This document shows positions 1 through 13,141 of a DNA stretch of 64,000 nucleotides, in pieces. How positions within the stretch are numbered: position 1 is the first letter of the stretch; each line of letters opens with the position of its first letter. This DNA is from Elephas maximus (lineage: Eukaryota). The stretch is from positions 46,631,680 through 46,695,679 of the forward strand of contig NC_064841.1 in the NCBI RefSeq assembly GCF_024166365.1, written 5' to 3'. Made by a program: the position numbers and the translations under genes. Under the pieces are notes generated by a model. It was not told the DNA's origin, ran no database searches, and worked only from the letters and a program-made list of their open reading frames with translations.

Positions 1-415
1 ACTCTAGGCTCCAAAACCAGTCGCTGTCTCCTGGTGACTTCTCCTCCTGTCAGCCGCGTCGCTGCGCTGCCTGTGTGCACCGGCTGGGCTTCCCCTGAGG
101 TCATTTCTGGGCGCTAGGGCTGCGTCCTGTGTTTGTGCCATCTCAGGATGCTGTGCCCAGCTCCCCCGCGCCCCGTCCAAAGCCCAGCGCCATGGGTTCC
201 TGACTGGGACGCTGGCTTCAGGCTCCGAAAACAGTTGCTGCTTCCCTGTGGTGGTTTGCTCCTAGTCTCTGTCACTCAGGTCAACTCTTTAGATCTGTGT
301 TTGATGGTCAGGGTTCGTAGATTGTCATGTATGTGATCGATTCACTTGTTTTTCCGAGTCTTTGTTGCAAGAGGGATCCGAGATAGCTTCTGCCTAGTCA
401 GCCATCTTGGCCTCG
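1..415 (-). mobile_element. 5'-terminal part of a LINE-1 5'UTR (minus orientation), GC/CpG-rich; ends at the same terminus motif as the L1 5' end at ~2895
   Basis: 300-415 aligns with 2810-2895 (…cacttgttttt…gttgYaagagggatc…tcttggccYcRcc); likely a nested or adjacent L1 whose body lies left of the window. Confidence 0.5.
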
Positions 416-2895
416 CCTCACTTTTATTTCTTTATATCCCCTTGCCTTCCTTTCCAAATGAAAGATCTATGACTACGTTTCTTTATTGTTTTAATGTTGT
501 CTTTTTCAGAATGACATCACAGTTTCCCTGTTTTGAGCTTTTTTTTTTTTAATCTTGATTTATTTTTGTGACTTCCCTATCTGGGTTGACATCTGGTTGC
601 TCTGTCCTGTGTTCTAGTCTTTGGTTGATATCTGATATTGATTTACTAACCAGAGAACACCCTTTAGGATTTCTTATAGTTTTGGTTTGGTTTTTACGAA
701 TTCCCTAAACTTCTGTATATCTGGAAATGTCCTAACTTTGTCTTCATATTTGAGAGACAGTTTTGCTGGATGTATGATTCTTGGCTGGCAGTTTTTTTCC
801 TTCGGCGTTTTATATAAGTCATCCCATTGCCTCTTGCCTGCATGGTTTCTGCTGAGTAGTCCGAGCTTATTCTTATTGACTCTTCTTTGCAGGTGACTTT
901 TTGTTTATCCCTAGCTGCCCTTAAAATTCTCTGTTTATCTTTGGTTTTGGCAAGTTTGGTTATGTCTTGATGACTTTCTTTTGAGATCTACCTTATGTGG
1001 AGTTCAGTGAGCGTCTTGGATAGATATCTTCTCATCTTTCAGGATATCAGGCAAGTTTTCTATGAACAAATCTTCAACAGTTCTCTCTGTATTTTCTGGT
1101 ATCCCTCCGTGTTCTGGTACTCCAGTTACTTGTAGGTTATTTCTCTTGATAGAGTCCCACACGATTCTTAGAGATTCTTTATTTAAAAAAAAAATTTTTT
1201 TTTCTTCGAATACATTGGTGCTGTGTTTTATCTTCAGTCTCACTAATTCTGCGTTCTGGTTCCTCAGTTCTGCTCCTCTGACTTTGTATTGTCTAATTTT
1301 CTAATTTTATTGTTAATCTTCTGAATTTCTGATTGCTGTCTCACTGTGAATTCTTGCAGCCTATTAAATTTTTTGTTAGGGTCTTGAATAACCTTTTTAA
1401 TTTCTTCAACTGCTTTGTCTCTGTGTTCCTTGGCTTCTTCTGCGTTTTGCTTGATCTTATTCCTGATGACTTGAAGAGTTCTGTGTATTAATCTTTTGTA
1501 TTCTGCATCTGGTAATTCCAGGAGGACACTTTCATCCGGAAGATTCCGTGATTCTTGGTTTTGAGACCTTGTTGAAGCCATCATAGTCTTCTTCTTTATG
1601 TGATTTTATATTGACTGTTGTCTCCGAGCCATCTATAAGTTTTTGTATTAGTTTATGTTTGCTTACTGTATCCTAGCTTTTTGCTTTGTTTTATTTTGAT
1701 ATCCCCAGATAGGCTGCTTGAGTGATCTGGCTTCATTATTTGCACCTTTTAAGCTCTAATGTCCTGTCACCAGATGGCTAGAGCTGTTTACCAGGTATAT
1801 GAGCCTAGGAGTCCACTCATTTTTCTTGTATGGATTCAGCGCAGGTGTCCAGGTATTTGGTCATCAAGTGTGTGGTACAGGCTCTGTCCTGCAGTCTTAG
1901 AGGGGCACAGGTGATTGGTGTAGTTACAGGTATTTGGTTACGGCAGGGGGTCATGCTCTGAACAAGGTAGGGGGCTGACAACCGTCTCCTGAGTGTCTGT
2001 GAGGAAAGCACATCCCTGTTCTCTAGAGTACACAGGTGGGTGGGTTCTGCAGCTGGACCATGGGCACCCAATGCTTTTGGTTGTAAGGACTGGGAGGTAC
2101 CACTTATCTGTGGACCCATCACGGGTGGCTAGGTGACATAGGTGGAGCCACCAGGCCTTAGGCCCCTGACGTGGGTAGGTGAGGACCCTGTTTAATAGGC
2201 AAAGCGGTGTCAAACATCAAACACTCACTTCCCCACTGCACTGCTGGAACAGTTGGTCTGCCAACAAGGGCCTGTTCTCCAGAAATGGGCCCACACAGTT
2301 CCATGCAGGGGTGAAAGTTATTCAAAGTCTGTGGACCATTTGTGCCTGGACAAAAGCCGCTTCTGTCCTGAGCACCCCAGCTTAGTGGAACTGGCAGATT
2401 ATCTTTTCCCTAAATTTTTAACTTATTCCTTCTTCAAGGCTGGGAGAATGGCTCAGCGTGCGCAGCAGGACCTATCTCAGGCCCAGGGAAATCGACAGTT
2501 GCTGAAACTGGCTTGGGGGCTGGGGGTGCAGTAAAATAAATGCAAGTACTTAGCTTTTGCCCAGAGCGCTGTTGTTCTCTGGTTCTGGAGGTGTGAGTAG
2601 GCTGTGCAGTTCGCTGTCTCTCCCTGAGGAAACCATGTCCTCTGGAACACTACAGCCAGCCCCGTCGTGGTCGCTCCAGGGAGTGGTGCCTGACGGTTCC
2701 TGGCAATTCTGGTCCTGCAACTCCTCGTTGTTTCTGAGCTGTCTTACCCTCTCCCTGCCACTCAGTCTGTTTTCTAACTTTGCCTTAGATGTTCAGGGCT
2801 CCTGGCTTATATATATAATCGCTTCACTTGTTTTTTTTTGGTTTTTGTTGTAAGAGGGATCACCGGAAGCGTCTGACTACCCCACTGTCTTGGCC
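416..2895 (-). mobile_element. LINE-1 5' portion (5'UTR ~1600-2895, ORF1, start of ORF2), minus strand
   Basis: Minus-strand ORFs 1264..1584 and 1004..1243 resemble L1 ORF1p (coiled-coil, then …VTGVPE…ENLP…). 690-1100 aligns with the ORF1/ORF2 junction region of the L1 at 22780-23220. Confidence 0.75.
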
Positions 2896-3483
2896 CCACC
2901 CTGGACTAGAAGGAATCTTAGATTATTATTTTGTTGTTGTTGAGAATATGCACAGTAAAACATACACCAATTGAACGGTCTCTACATGTACCATTTAGTG
3001 ATGTTGATTACATTCTTAAAATTGTGTAGTCATTCTCACCCTCCTTTTCAGAGTTGTTCCTCCACATTGGCATATGCTCACTGTCACTCTCCCACCAGGC
3101 ACTTACCTACTCTTTCAAGTTGATGTTATAAATTGGATCCCATATATATAGTTCTCAAAAGAGCATGATGCTCAAGGCAGACATTTTTTACTAGTTAAGC
3201 TAAACTATTGTTTGGTGGATCTTAGGTTATTTGAGCCAGTTGGTTTGGATGTTTAAGACTTTTCAAAAGGTATGTATCTTAATGCTCATTTGCTTTGTTA
3301 GCATCTTTTGTATATGAAGTATTTGGTATATTTTCATGTTGGGTTGAGATTTGGAGTAGTTTGGGGTAAAATATCTAATAGCTTTAATATTTTTTCTTGG
3401 TTATCATCTGTCTACAGGTGTTGGAAATCGGTAGCTTTTCTAGTTTTTCCATTACTTTAACATAACGCTGTCTTTGGACTAAA

Positions 3484-3927
3484 ATGTTCCTGATGCCAGC
3501 CTCTTTGGAATTAAACAATGGGCAGAACTTCTTAGCTCAGTGGATGACCAATCCTTCTCGGGCTGGCGTTATATTAAATCATGGATTTCCCATTTTGGAA
3601 GCAGAAGGAGAGAATCAAGCAGCTGTGAACCTTTCTACCAGTTTTCCTGTTAAAGCTACACAGTTTTCGAATAGCTTCAGCTTTATAAATGAAGAAGATT
3701 CACTTCACGAAGAACAGAAATTGGAGACTGACAGTTCTTATAAACTACAATCAGATAAATCCAAAACACATACAGCCTTCTCTGTAACTAAAAATGAACC
3801 ACAAATAGTGGCACGTCAGGATGTTCCTGGACACTGGGAAGATAACAAAAATGACTTTATCCTAGATCTTACAAGTGAATTCAAAGGAATGGCATATAAA
3901 GACCCACTTTTTAAAAAACTGGAACAG
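3484..3927 (+). CDS. CENPJ: CENPJ coding exon 1 (human exon 2), start codon at 3484, 148 codons, ends phase 0
   Basis: [32 protein letters not shown]…[10 protein letters not shown] matches the CENPJ N-terminus from memory. Donor cag|GTAGAG at 3928; the track ORF reads on into the intron. Confidence 0.88.
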
Positions 3928-4334
3928 GTAGAGCAAGATTACCTGATACGTATTTGTGTTACTGCTGTTTATGTTGGAAAGTCACCTATTCCAGGTCCTC
4001 TGGTTTCTTCCCCCTCACTCTGAATTCCTCAGAATTCCAGAATTTCACTTTATCGCATATGAAACATTAAAAAAACTTTAAATATGTAAGATGTGCATAT
4101 AACACTTAGTATCTTGAAGTTGTTGCCTCATTTGATAAAAACTAAATTAGAAATGGTCAGTCAAATATTAGGGGGAAAAAGCTGATGATCATAAACATAC
4201 AGTTGTTCACCCTACTTTAAGAATCAGAGGGTTGATATGGGTGTTTCTGTTTCTTTGTTGAGATAATTGACGTGGTTTCCTTCATAAGATACTAGGCTTT
4301 AGATTTTTGGTAGCAGATTTAGTTAGGAACCCCT

Positions 4335-4560
4335 CTTTGAAACTCTTTATTAGGGAAGATAAGAAAAGGGAGGTGAGAGGACTAGAAGGCAGGAGGGGAC
4401 AGGAAAGCTGGTAATGGGGAATCCAAGGTCGAGAAGAGGAGAGTGTTGACATGTCGTGGGGTAGGCATCCAGTGTCACAAAACAGTATGTGTTGTTTAAT
4501 GAGAAACTAATTAGCTCTGTAAACGTTCTTCTAAAACAATAAAAAAAGGGAGGTGGGAGG
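4335..4560 (+). mobile_element. L1 3'UTR tail fragment (sense), ends in aataaaaaaa
   Basis: Aligns with 6480-6690 (…gagagtgttgacatgtYgt…gtgtcacaaaac…gtttaatgag…aataaaaaa). Confidence 0.6.
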
Positions 4561-4635
4561 GTTAAAGATAAATGTAAGGAGCAAGGGTCTATGAAGAAAT
4601 GTAGCATTAATAAGGTTAATTTTATTTTTAAAAAG

Positions 4636-4759
4636 CTGAAGGAAGTACAGCAGAAGAAGCAGGAACGACTGAAGAAGCAACAGTTAGAGCAACTACAAAG
4701 ACTCATGGAAGAACAAGAGAAGCTGCTTACTATGGTGCCTGAGCAACATAGGTTCCCAG
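4636..4759 (+). CDS. CENPJ: CENPJ coding exon 2, phase 0 in, phase 1 out
   Basis: Acceptor ttaaaaag|CTG. Encodes [41 protein letters not shown](G). Donor cag|GTATTT chosen because only a phase-1 exit keeps the next exon in frame. Confidence 0.8.
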
Positions 4760-5989
4760 GTATTTTTGTATTTTCTCTCATACAGGCCCTTCAGTTAGTA
4801 CAGTGATACATAGTTGCATACATTTCTTACCTTCAGTTGCTTCTTAGGCTATTTCGACCTTTGTCATGTGTTATAAACTGTAATCTCTCAGGGTCAGGCA
4901 GATAAATGTGTGAAATGGTGGCAGCATAATATAATTGGGACAAGTGGGGACTGTGACATGCTGGAGCGTGTGCCATGCTTAAAAGCATACACATTTATTT
5001 GGAAAAAAAAAAAATGTCCAGCAGAAGCCAAATTTGGCTCAAGGCTACTAGTTTACAGCTGCCTGGTGCATGAAAAACTGTTCAGGGGCTATAAAGGTAA
5101 GTATGTGTGGCAGCCATACCAAAAATATTTTGTGGAAGCAGATGACAGTGTTCTTTTATTGTATGTTAGATGTTTTTACAAAAAGCATGATGTGGTTCCT
5201 TATTAGGGGGAAAAAAAAACCTGTTGAAATGTGATCTGAAGGAATGGCTTTGAAAGTTGATTATACTCCATAGTAACAAAAGCATTCTGACATGTAAAGG
5301 ATATTTTCTGTTCTATTCTATTCTATGTTGTTTTATAAAATGTTGGCTATGACCTATTTCATCTGGTGATGAAATTACTAATGGAATGTGTCCCATAGTT
5401 TGAAAACCTGTGATTTGGAGTAATGTGTTTGCTTCTTGGTCCTACCTTTTAAGAGACACACTACTAAATCAGGAAAGTGCCCATTCTGTTCAGAGACTGT
5501 GCTAGGCATTGAACACACAGAGAGGAAAGGCTATTGGAAAATAAGTATGCAAAGTATGACTAGGTGGGAAACAGGGAGGTGGTGGTTAGACAGTTCAGCA
5601 AATGTACAATGGTTGAGGAAATTTTTATCTTGGAAAAGATAGATACCATGTGGATGTATGTTGACATTTTTGAATGTTCTAGATTCCTTTATGGAGTACA
5701 TAAAATGAATAATAAAGATCGCTTAAATAATAGCCTGTGATAGATTTTGAGATAGAGATAACACCATGGTAGAGTGACAGGGAGGTGATTTTGAAGCTAT
5801 TAATATGAGAAATAGCCCCATTCAGTCATGGAACAGATTGCTTTAGGGCAGTGATTTTCAATTTTTTTCATCTCAGGACCCCTTAACACTCTTAAGTTAT
5901 GGAAGATCTCTAAAAGCTTTTATTATAGGGTCTGTATCAATATCTACTATATTAGAAATTAAAACTGAGAAATTTAAAAATTAATAATT

Positions 5990-6690
5990 TACTATCTCGG
6001 GGACATCTAGCTTAACTGGCATAACACAGTTTATTTTCTGTGGTGAGCTTAAAAGTTTTTAAGCAGCCATCTAAGATACTCTACTGGTCCCACCCTGCCT
6101 GGAGCAAGGGAGAATGAAGAAAACCAGGACACAAGGGAAAGGTTAATCCAGAGGACTTACGGACCACAACTATCACGGCTTCCACCACACTGAGTCCAGC
6201 ACAACTAGATGGTACCCAGCTACCACCACTGACTGCTGTGATAGGGATCACAACAGAGGGTCCCAGACAGAGCTGAAGAAAAATGTAGAACAAAATTCAA
6301 ACTCACAAACATCAGATGTACTGGTCTGACAGAGACTGGAGAAACCCCTAGAGTATATCCCCTGGACACCCTTTTTACTCAGTACTAAAGATACTCCTGA
6401 GGTTCACCCTTCAGCCAAAGATTAGACAGGCCCACGAAACAAACAATAACACACGTAGCTCAGCCATGTGTGTGAGACTAAATGGGCAGACTAACCCAGG
6501 GGCAAGGTTGAGAAGGCAGGAGAGGACAGGAAAGCTAGACTAGTGGAAATGGGGAACCCCAAGTCAAGAAGGGGAGAGTGTTGACATGTTGTAGGGTTGG
6601 CAACCAGTGTCACAAAACTGTGTTGTTTAATGAGTAATTTGCTCCGTAAACCTTCGCCTAAAGCTCAATAAAAAAGAAAAAAAAAAGTGT
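5990..6690 (+). mobile_element. L1 3'UTR (sense) with poly(A) tail at ~6665-6690
   Basis: Reverse-complement match to the 3'UTRs of the minus-strand L1s at 15560-15800 and 19860-20250; terminal A-run. Confidence 0.65.
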
Positions 6691-7364
6691 GGTGTAAATA
6701 ACATTTTTAATGAAAAATTTCCTAAAACAAAAAAAATTTAGTGAAAATCTTTTTAACTTCTGGCTTAAAAAAACTCACCTGATTCTGTTTACTTCTGCAT
6801 TCAGCCTATTGAGATATGTTGTTTTGATTGAAGTATGTGGAAAAAAATCCAACCTCACATGGATATGAATGTGAAAAACGGAGAGGAGTATTTTAATATC
6901 TTTTTTAGATAATTGTGGTTATTTTTCTTGGATATTGCACCAAAACTCAACATATGGTTGTTTCTAGGCAATTATTTCCTGTATGAATTCTGAAATCCTA
7001 CTAATGAAGTTTTATTATCTATTACATTAAAATATATACTGATATCTTGGTATTTTTAATGAATCTTATCCTGCATGATTTGGTAATATGCATTGGTTGT
7101 TGGGAAGATAATGGTTTGCTGAGTTATGTAGGTCTTCAAAATGTTGAGATATTTCATTATACAATATAAAAAAATTATATTCACTAGTATAGCAAATTTC
7201 CATCATTACAACTTTTACTTGAAAGCTGCAATTTGTCATTGGCACTAAACACTGTGAGTTGTTTTCCTTGAAGTGACTGGCTCACTTGTTTTACTTTTGA
7301 GAAAATGTCTGTCATGTACTCAGGTTTAAATAATCATAGTTTATCTGTCATTCAATCTTTTTTT

Positions 7365-8230
7365 TTTTAATAATTTATTGTATTTAAGGTTAAAGTTCAC
7401 ACAGTAAATTAGGTTCACATTTAACAATTTCTGCACAAATTATTCAGTGGTATTGGTTACCTTTTTCACATATGTCATCATTCTCATTCATTCTGTTCTG
7501 GTTGTACCATTTCCAGTACTCTAGTTTCCCTGTCCCCTTACCTTCTCATCCTTGTTTTAGAGAAATTTTTGACCATTTGGTTTCATGCAGATGATTTTAA
7601 AGGAGCTCATTACTTATATGTGATAATCTTTATTTTATGAGCCAATCTGTTATTTAAGTCAAAGGTGACCTCTAGGGATAATTTTTGTTCAAGGTTTAAA
7701 GAGTTATCTCAGGGCAGTAGTCTCCGGAAGTCCTCATGTGTCAACTGGTCCAGTAAGTCTGGACTTTTTTTAAGAATTTGAGTTCTGCTCCATGTTTTTC
7801 TCCTGTTCTATCAGGGTTCATTTATTTGACGAGGAGCAGAACTGTTGGTAGTGGTAACCAGACACTATCTAGTTCTTCTGGTCTCAGGGTAGATGAGGCA
7901 CAGTGGTTTGTGTAGACTATTAGTCCTGTAGCCTTTCTTCTGAGTCTTTGGTTTCCATCTTTCACTTTTGTTCTGGACAAATAGAGACCAACAGTTGAAT
8001 CTTAGATGGCCACTCAAAAACTTTGAACACAACTCATCCCTTTGGGATATAGGATACACACTTTATGAACTATGCTATGCTGTTTAACTAAATTGTCCCA
8101 TGAGACTATGGTCCTAAGTGTTCAAACCCAGAAAACCAATCTCACAAGGTATTTGGTTATGTCTAAGAAGTATCTGTAACTATGTCCCCTGTCATTCAGT
8201 CTTTCAAGTAAAACTAATGTTCTTTGAAAA
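7365..8230 (-). mobile_element. L1 3'UTR fragment (antisense), poly-T at its left end
   Basis: tttttttttt at 7365-7375, then blocks shared with 15146-15900 (…agtctccRgaagtcctca…ccagtaagtctgg…atcttagatggccac…). Confidence 0.6.
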
Positions 8231-9304
8231 AAGCAGCTATGTGAGCTTATAATTCAAACAATTACACAAGTGCTTTTCCTTACCAAAAAAAAAAACAAAC
8301 CCATTGCCGTTAAGTCGATTCCTTAAGACAACCTTATTTTGGTAAGTACATTTTGTCTCATAGAATATTAAAAAGGCATGCATTTAGGGGTGAGATTTAA
8401 TAAAATAATACTTTGAGATAATGAGCTGGCAGTTTTATGCATCGCTTTTGTACCATCAGTGCAAATGTCAACACAGTGAAAAGGGCAAATGCTATCTTAA
8501 TACTATTATGAAATAATCTTGGCCTTTTGGGTGCCCTGGAAGTATCTCAGGGACACCCAGGGGTCTGCAGAGTACACGCTGAGAACTGCTTTTATCAAAG
8601 ACATCTTCGGGTTGAAGTGGAATGACCATTTGTCAGAAATATTGAGGAGGGAAGGGTATTGCTATAAAGGAAGGGAGATTAAACCTATATTCAGTGAGGC
8701 CCTGCTTGATTCTCTAGTTTTTTGTTTGTGTACTGGGGGTGAGTTAGATAGGAGGTCAAAATGATAAGTGGCAGTGGCCCTTTTATAAAGCACTTCCTAT
8801 TGTGTCTTCCACATTTAGGTGAGACAGCCTGGGAGAACAGAGGGCTAGTAGCAGGATTTCAAGGGATAGCAGGCAGGATGGATAGGATGCCATCTAACCT
8901 CTTAAGTATATCACAGTTGTGGCCACTGTTTCGGGGAATCTTCTCTCTGTTTATTGGGTTATTCCAAAAGCATAGACTTAAAAAACAAAACAAACAAAAA
9001 GTAACGCAGGAAATTTAGAAAACACAGAAAAATACAAAAAGTAAAAGTCTACTGTAGTTCCCCTACCTAAGGAACTATGTTAATGGTAGCCTAAAGAGAC
9101 AATACTTTTATATGCTGTGACATAGAACAATTATTGATCTTTAGGGAACAATTCAGATCATTTGTAAATATCTGTATTAGTGCTGTGTGTCTGTCCCAGG
9201 GCTGCATAGTTGCTTTCTCAGATGGAAATGTGAATAACATCCTCTGGAGTTAAGAAAAGCTGCAGCTCTACCATGTACAGGTTGTCTGCACATATACTGT
9301 AGTA

Positions 9305-9460
9305 TAACCTGTTGCCATCAAGTTGATTCTGACTCTTAGTGATCCTATAGGACAGAGTAGAGTTGCCTCATAGGGTTTCCAAGGTGCAGCTGGTGGATTC
9401 CAGCTGCCGACCTTTTGGTTAGCAGCCGAACTCTTAACCACTGCATCACCAGGGATCCAC
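9305..9460 (-). mobile_element. tRNA-derived SINE (AfroSINE-like), antisense
   Basis: Reverse complement of ggttaagagttcggctgctaaccaaaaggtcggcag…ccctat…gagtcagaatcaacttgatggcaac. Confidence 0.75.
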
Positions 9461-9657
9461 ACTGTAGTATAAACATCTCTTAGGTAAAATTATATGAAGT
9501 TCATTTTGGAATTTTAAATTTCATGTTTTTGTTAAACACAGTTTCCTACTAAGGAAAAAAATATCACTTTGGAGAATAATTTTTGGGGTGGGAGTCACAG
9601 GTATGCTGAAGAGAAAGTGTTGCAAAACTCATCAGCTTTGTGTTTCTTGATTCCAAG

Positions 9658-9957
9658 CTTCAACTCTACTGCCTGATGATCAGAGCCAAGAGTATAGATC
9701 TCCATGTAATTCAGCTACTGTAGATAAAACCACGTCCTTCTCATCATCATTTATTCACCAGAATCAAACTCAAGAAAAAATGCACACTTCCAACATTTTA
9801 TCTGACGAACAAAACAACTTCCGTAGCACTGCTAATCAAGATTTTGTCTTAACTTTAAAAAGTGGTGCCTTCCCCAGCTTGTTTTGTGGGGCACAGTGTG
9901 AAGAAGCACTTGTGAAAGAAAATGATTTGAAGGAAGAAAACCATCACCCTGCTTCCG
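9658..9957 (+). CDS. CENPJ: CENPJ coding exon 3 (300 nt), phase 1 in and out
   Basis: Acceptor tgattccaag|ct. Encodes (A)STLLPDDQSQEYRSPCNSATVDKTTSFSSSFIHQNQTQEKMHTSNILSDEQNNFRSTANQDFVLTLKSGAFPSLFCGAQCEEALVKENDLKEENHHPAS(G). Donor ccg|GTGAGT. Confidence 0.85.
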
Positions 9958-10078
9958 GTGAGTTAGTTGTCTTCTGTACTTAACAGTGTTACAAAGTTTT
10001 TCCAAGACAGAAGAATCCTTTCTGCATTTTTCCCCCTGTCCATTATAGCCTTAATTGTAAAATCCTACATGCTGTGCA

Positions 10079-10280
10079 AGGAGCTCTGATGGCACAGTGG
10101 TTAAGCATTCGGCTGCTAACCAGTAGGTCATCGGATCAAACTCACCCAGCTGCTGCAGAGGAGTAAAGACCTGGCAGTCTGCTCCTGTAAAGATTACAGG
10201 CTTGGAAACCCTACGGGGTAGTTCTACTCTGTGCTCTAGGGTTGCTATGAGTTGGAATCGACTTGACAGTAACGGGTTGT
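10079..10280 (+). mobile_element. tRNA-derived SINE (AfroSINE-like), sense
   Basis: ggagctctgatggcacagtggttaagcattcggctgctaacc…gggttgctatgagttggaatcgacttgacagtaacgggtt. Confidence 0.75.
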
Positions 10281-10484
10281 AGTAGAAGTACATGCTATGG
10301 AATCACAAGCCTAAATTGTACCCAAAGCAGGGCATAGGATTTGTGACTTTACAAGGACGATAGCAATACTCAGGCTGACTTCAAACTTTGGATTGTAGCA
10401 TGGGGTCTTTAAAAAGGAAGGCAATAGTTCTGCATGTACCACTTCTCGAGAGCTTAGAAATAGCCTGGAGTTGCTTTAAAGTAT

Positions 10485-10508
10485 GTGTGGTGGTGGTGGT
10501 GGTGGTGG
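10485..10508. repeat. (TGG)n microsatellite
   Basis: gtggtggtggtggtggtggtggg. Confidence 0.9.
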
Positions 10509-11787
10509 GAGGAGACATGACAGAAAATATCAAAATTGAGAAATAGGTTGGTAGAATTTACTACTCATAAAAAAAATTCTGCGCTAACCCAGACACTCGG
10601 TTTGTTCATCCACTGTACCTCTTCCTAGCACCTACCAATGTTCCTGGCATATAACTGGCTCTCAGCGTTTGATGGTTTAAAAAAATTCAATTCTCTTAGC
10701 ACTTTTGGTGTATTTTCTTTTAGTCCTTTTTTTTTTTTTAAGTCGTATTCCAGCCTTTTTTTTTTTTTTTTTTGACGTTATATAACAATACTATGTTTTT
10801 TACCTATTCAACATTGGAAATGGTTTTAGTATGTTCTAGATTCTTTATAACTTCAATTTTAATGACTGTGTGCTATTTGTTAAATTATATACCAATATTT
10901 AATGTTCTTTATGGTAGGACACGATTTTGTTGCCAGTATTTTTTATATTAGAAATACGCTTTCATGAATGTGTTCTTTTGAGTAATCTAAGTTACAGAAG
11001 AATACAAGAAAAGGTAACTTACTATTTAAAATTGGACACCTTTGCGTATAATACCTAATTTCTAATTTAGAGTTAATTCTTTGGTATGGAAAGGTCAGTT
11101 GTCTTTTTTAAACAGTATGCTCCCCTAGCATTTTATTTATTTTGGAAGATTTCAGATATCTAGAAAAGATGCAAGATGTGATAGTTGCACCTAGACTTAA
11201 CAGTTAATATTTTGCCATATTTACTTTGTTTTATATGTATGTATCTATGACTATATGTATATTTATGTCTACATTTATATTTTGGTGAACAATTTTATTG
11301 AAAGTAGTATGTACACATTATGTTACTTAATTCCCACATATTTCAGCATGCATCAAGTAAAAATTAAGACATTCCTCTTTATAACCACAACATTGTTACA
11401 CCTAAGTAAACTAATAGTTCTTTAATATCAGTCCATTTTGGAATTTCCTCATTACCCCAAAAATGTTTTTTATAGCTGTTTTTTTGAAAACCAGAATCCA
11501 ATCAAGTTCATGCATTACATTTAGTTTTTATAACTGTAGTCTTTTTTAATCTAGAAAAGCTCCCGCTTTTTTTTCATAGCATTAATCTTTTGAGAAATGT
11601 CAAATGTCTTATTAGGGATTTGTAATTTTTCTTTATCAAATTAAGGAAATCCTTGAGAGTTCTATAATCTTTGCCGTACATTACTTATAATTAAAATTTT
11701 TTCTAGCATCGTAACTTGTAAAATTCTCAAGTTTTAAGACTTTAACCTGCTTTTCTTGAACTAAAATGTTCCTAATTTTTATTCTAG

Positions 11788-11899
11788 GAGAAGGTATTTT
11801 ATCATGTCAGGAGAAAATGACGAAACAGATTCAGGAAGGGAATGATGTGAACTTAAAACAAATTGGTGATTCCCCAGAAGTGGTCAATATTGAAGAAAG
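11788..11899 (+). CDS. CENPJ: CENPJ coding exon 4, phase 1 in, phase 2 out
   Basis: Acceptor ttattctag|gag. Encodes (G)[36 protein letters not shown](R). Donor aag|GTATCA. Confidence 0.85.
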
Positions 11900-12718
11900 G
11901 TATCATCTATGTTGACGGGAGTAAGAAATGTCACAGTGTAATAGCCAGTCTTTGTTATTGAGCCATCTTTGTTTGAAAGATCCATTGTTTTCTTTTGAGT
12001 ATGCTTTTAAGTATAAAGCTTGAAGATGTAACCTATCACATGCTGTCAGCAAAAGAAAGAGGTTGTGGAGATACATAATTAAAGCAGCTTTGATATTGTA
12101 TTGGGAAAATTGAGGAAAATTTTTTCATCTAAGAAAAACATCTGAATAAAATGAATTTTTCAAATAGGTAAATCCTATTTTAGAGAAAGGAAAAATGAAG
12201 TATTGGAATCTCACATTTGGTATCACTTACGAATTATAACTACATAAGTAGTCTAGTTATAGAATAAAAATTCATGGCAAAGATGAAATATCTATACTGA
12301 GGTTATTTATATTTTTTTCATGTATTTGAAATATTTTAATATGTATTACGGTATGGGCAATATAACTTCTGATTGTTGCTCTACTTAAAGATCCTTCCTA
12401 ATTTTAAAATACATATTTAGTGAGTATTTTAAAAATATATTTTAAAGATATTAATATGTTACTCCAAAAGTTAATTAGGTAGGCTTCAGAAGGATTCTTT
12501 AATACCCCCAGGTCCTATGCAAAGTGGTGTGTATTTCTCTATTTGGGGGCACGGATGGGGATTGTAGCTTTTGTTAGATTCTAAAATGGTGACTCTGACT
12601 TTGATAAAGGTTAGTTGTCAGTGCAGTCAGGGGTATTTATATCAGGAACACTAAGTATAAAATATATACCACATCGTGATTTGCTCATTAAATAACTGTA
12701 CTCTTTATTTTTGATTAG

Positions 12719-12821
12719 GCCTATTAAAGCTGCTGTTAGAGAAAGAAAACAGACATTTGAAGATTACTTGGAAGAACAAATTTGGTTGGAAGAACAAGAA
12801 TTGAAACAAAAACAGCTAAGG
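12719..12821 (+). CDS. CENPJ: CENPJ coding exon 5, phase 2 in, phase 0 out
   Basis: Acceptor tttgattag|g. Encodes (R)[34 protein letters not shown]. Donor agg|GTTAGC, a weak but canonical GT. Confidence 0.8.
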
Positions 12822-13141
12822 GTTAGCATTTCAGCTATTTTAATTGATTTATTCCAAGTCTTTAGAGATTAGTTTATAATTTGCTATAAAAATAACTTTG
12901 GCGTGTTAATGGTTGTACATGATGACTGTAATCAGTGTCATTGAATTGTACACATAAATTGTTGAATTGGCAAATATTATGTATATTTTACCACAATTAA
13001 AAAAAAAAGGCTGTAGGACAAAGTAATCCCCAATAGAATATAATTATAAGAAAAACAAAATAACACTTTGAGATTACTTAAATATATCTGTAATATTTAA
13101 GGTATATAAGAATTAATTCATATATTATTCTTTTACTTTAG

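Noticed and set aside
1004-1584. Transposon ORFs: the L1 ORF1-like ORFs here, and the RTE RT/EN ORFs at 32154..34593-, 52240..52635- and 53793..55231+
   Set aside because: They carry family-diagnostic motifs but are fragmented by stops and frameshifts. They are decayed mobile-element remnants, not host genes.
3928-4023. Extension of the first coding ORF to 4023, and of the large ORF to 14809
   Set aside because: Both run past strong GT donors (3928 GTAGAG, 14772 GTAAGT). The downstream peptides ([11 protein letters not shown]…, [11 protein letters not shown]) have no counterpart in CENPJ, whereas the spliced continuation matches.
4751-4753. Alternative donor AG|GTTCCC at 4752 for the second coding exon
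   Set aside because: It would leave phase 2 and put the next exon (9658) out of frame. GTATTT at 4760 (phase 1) restores the LLPDDQSQ… frame.
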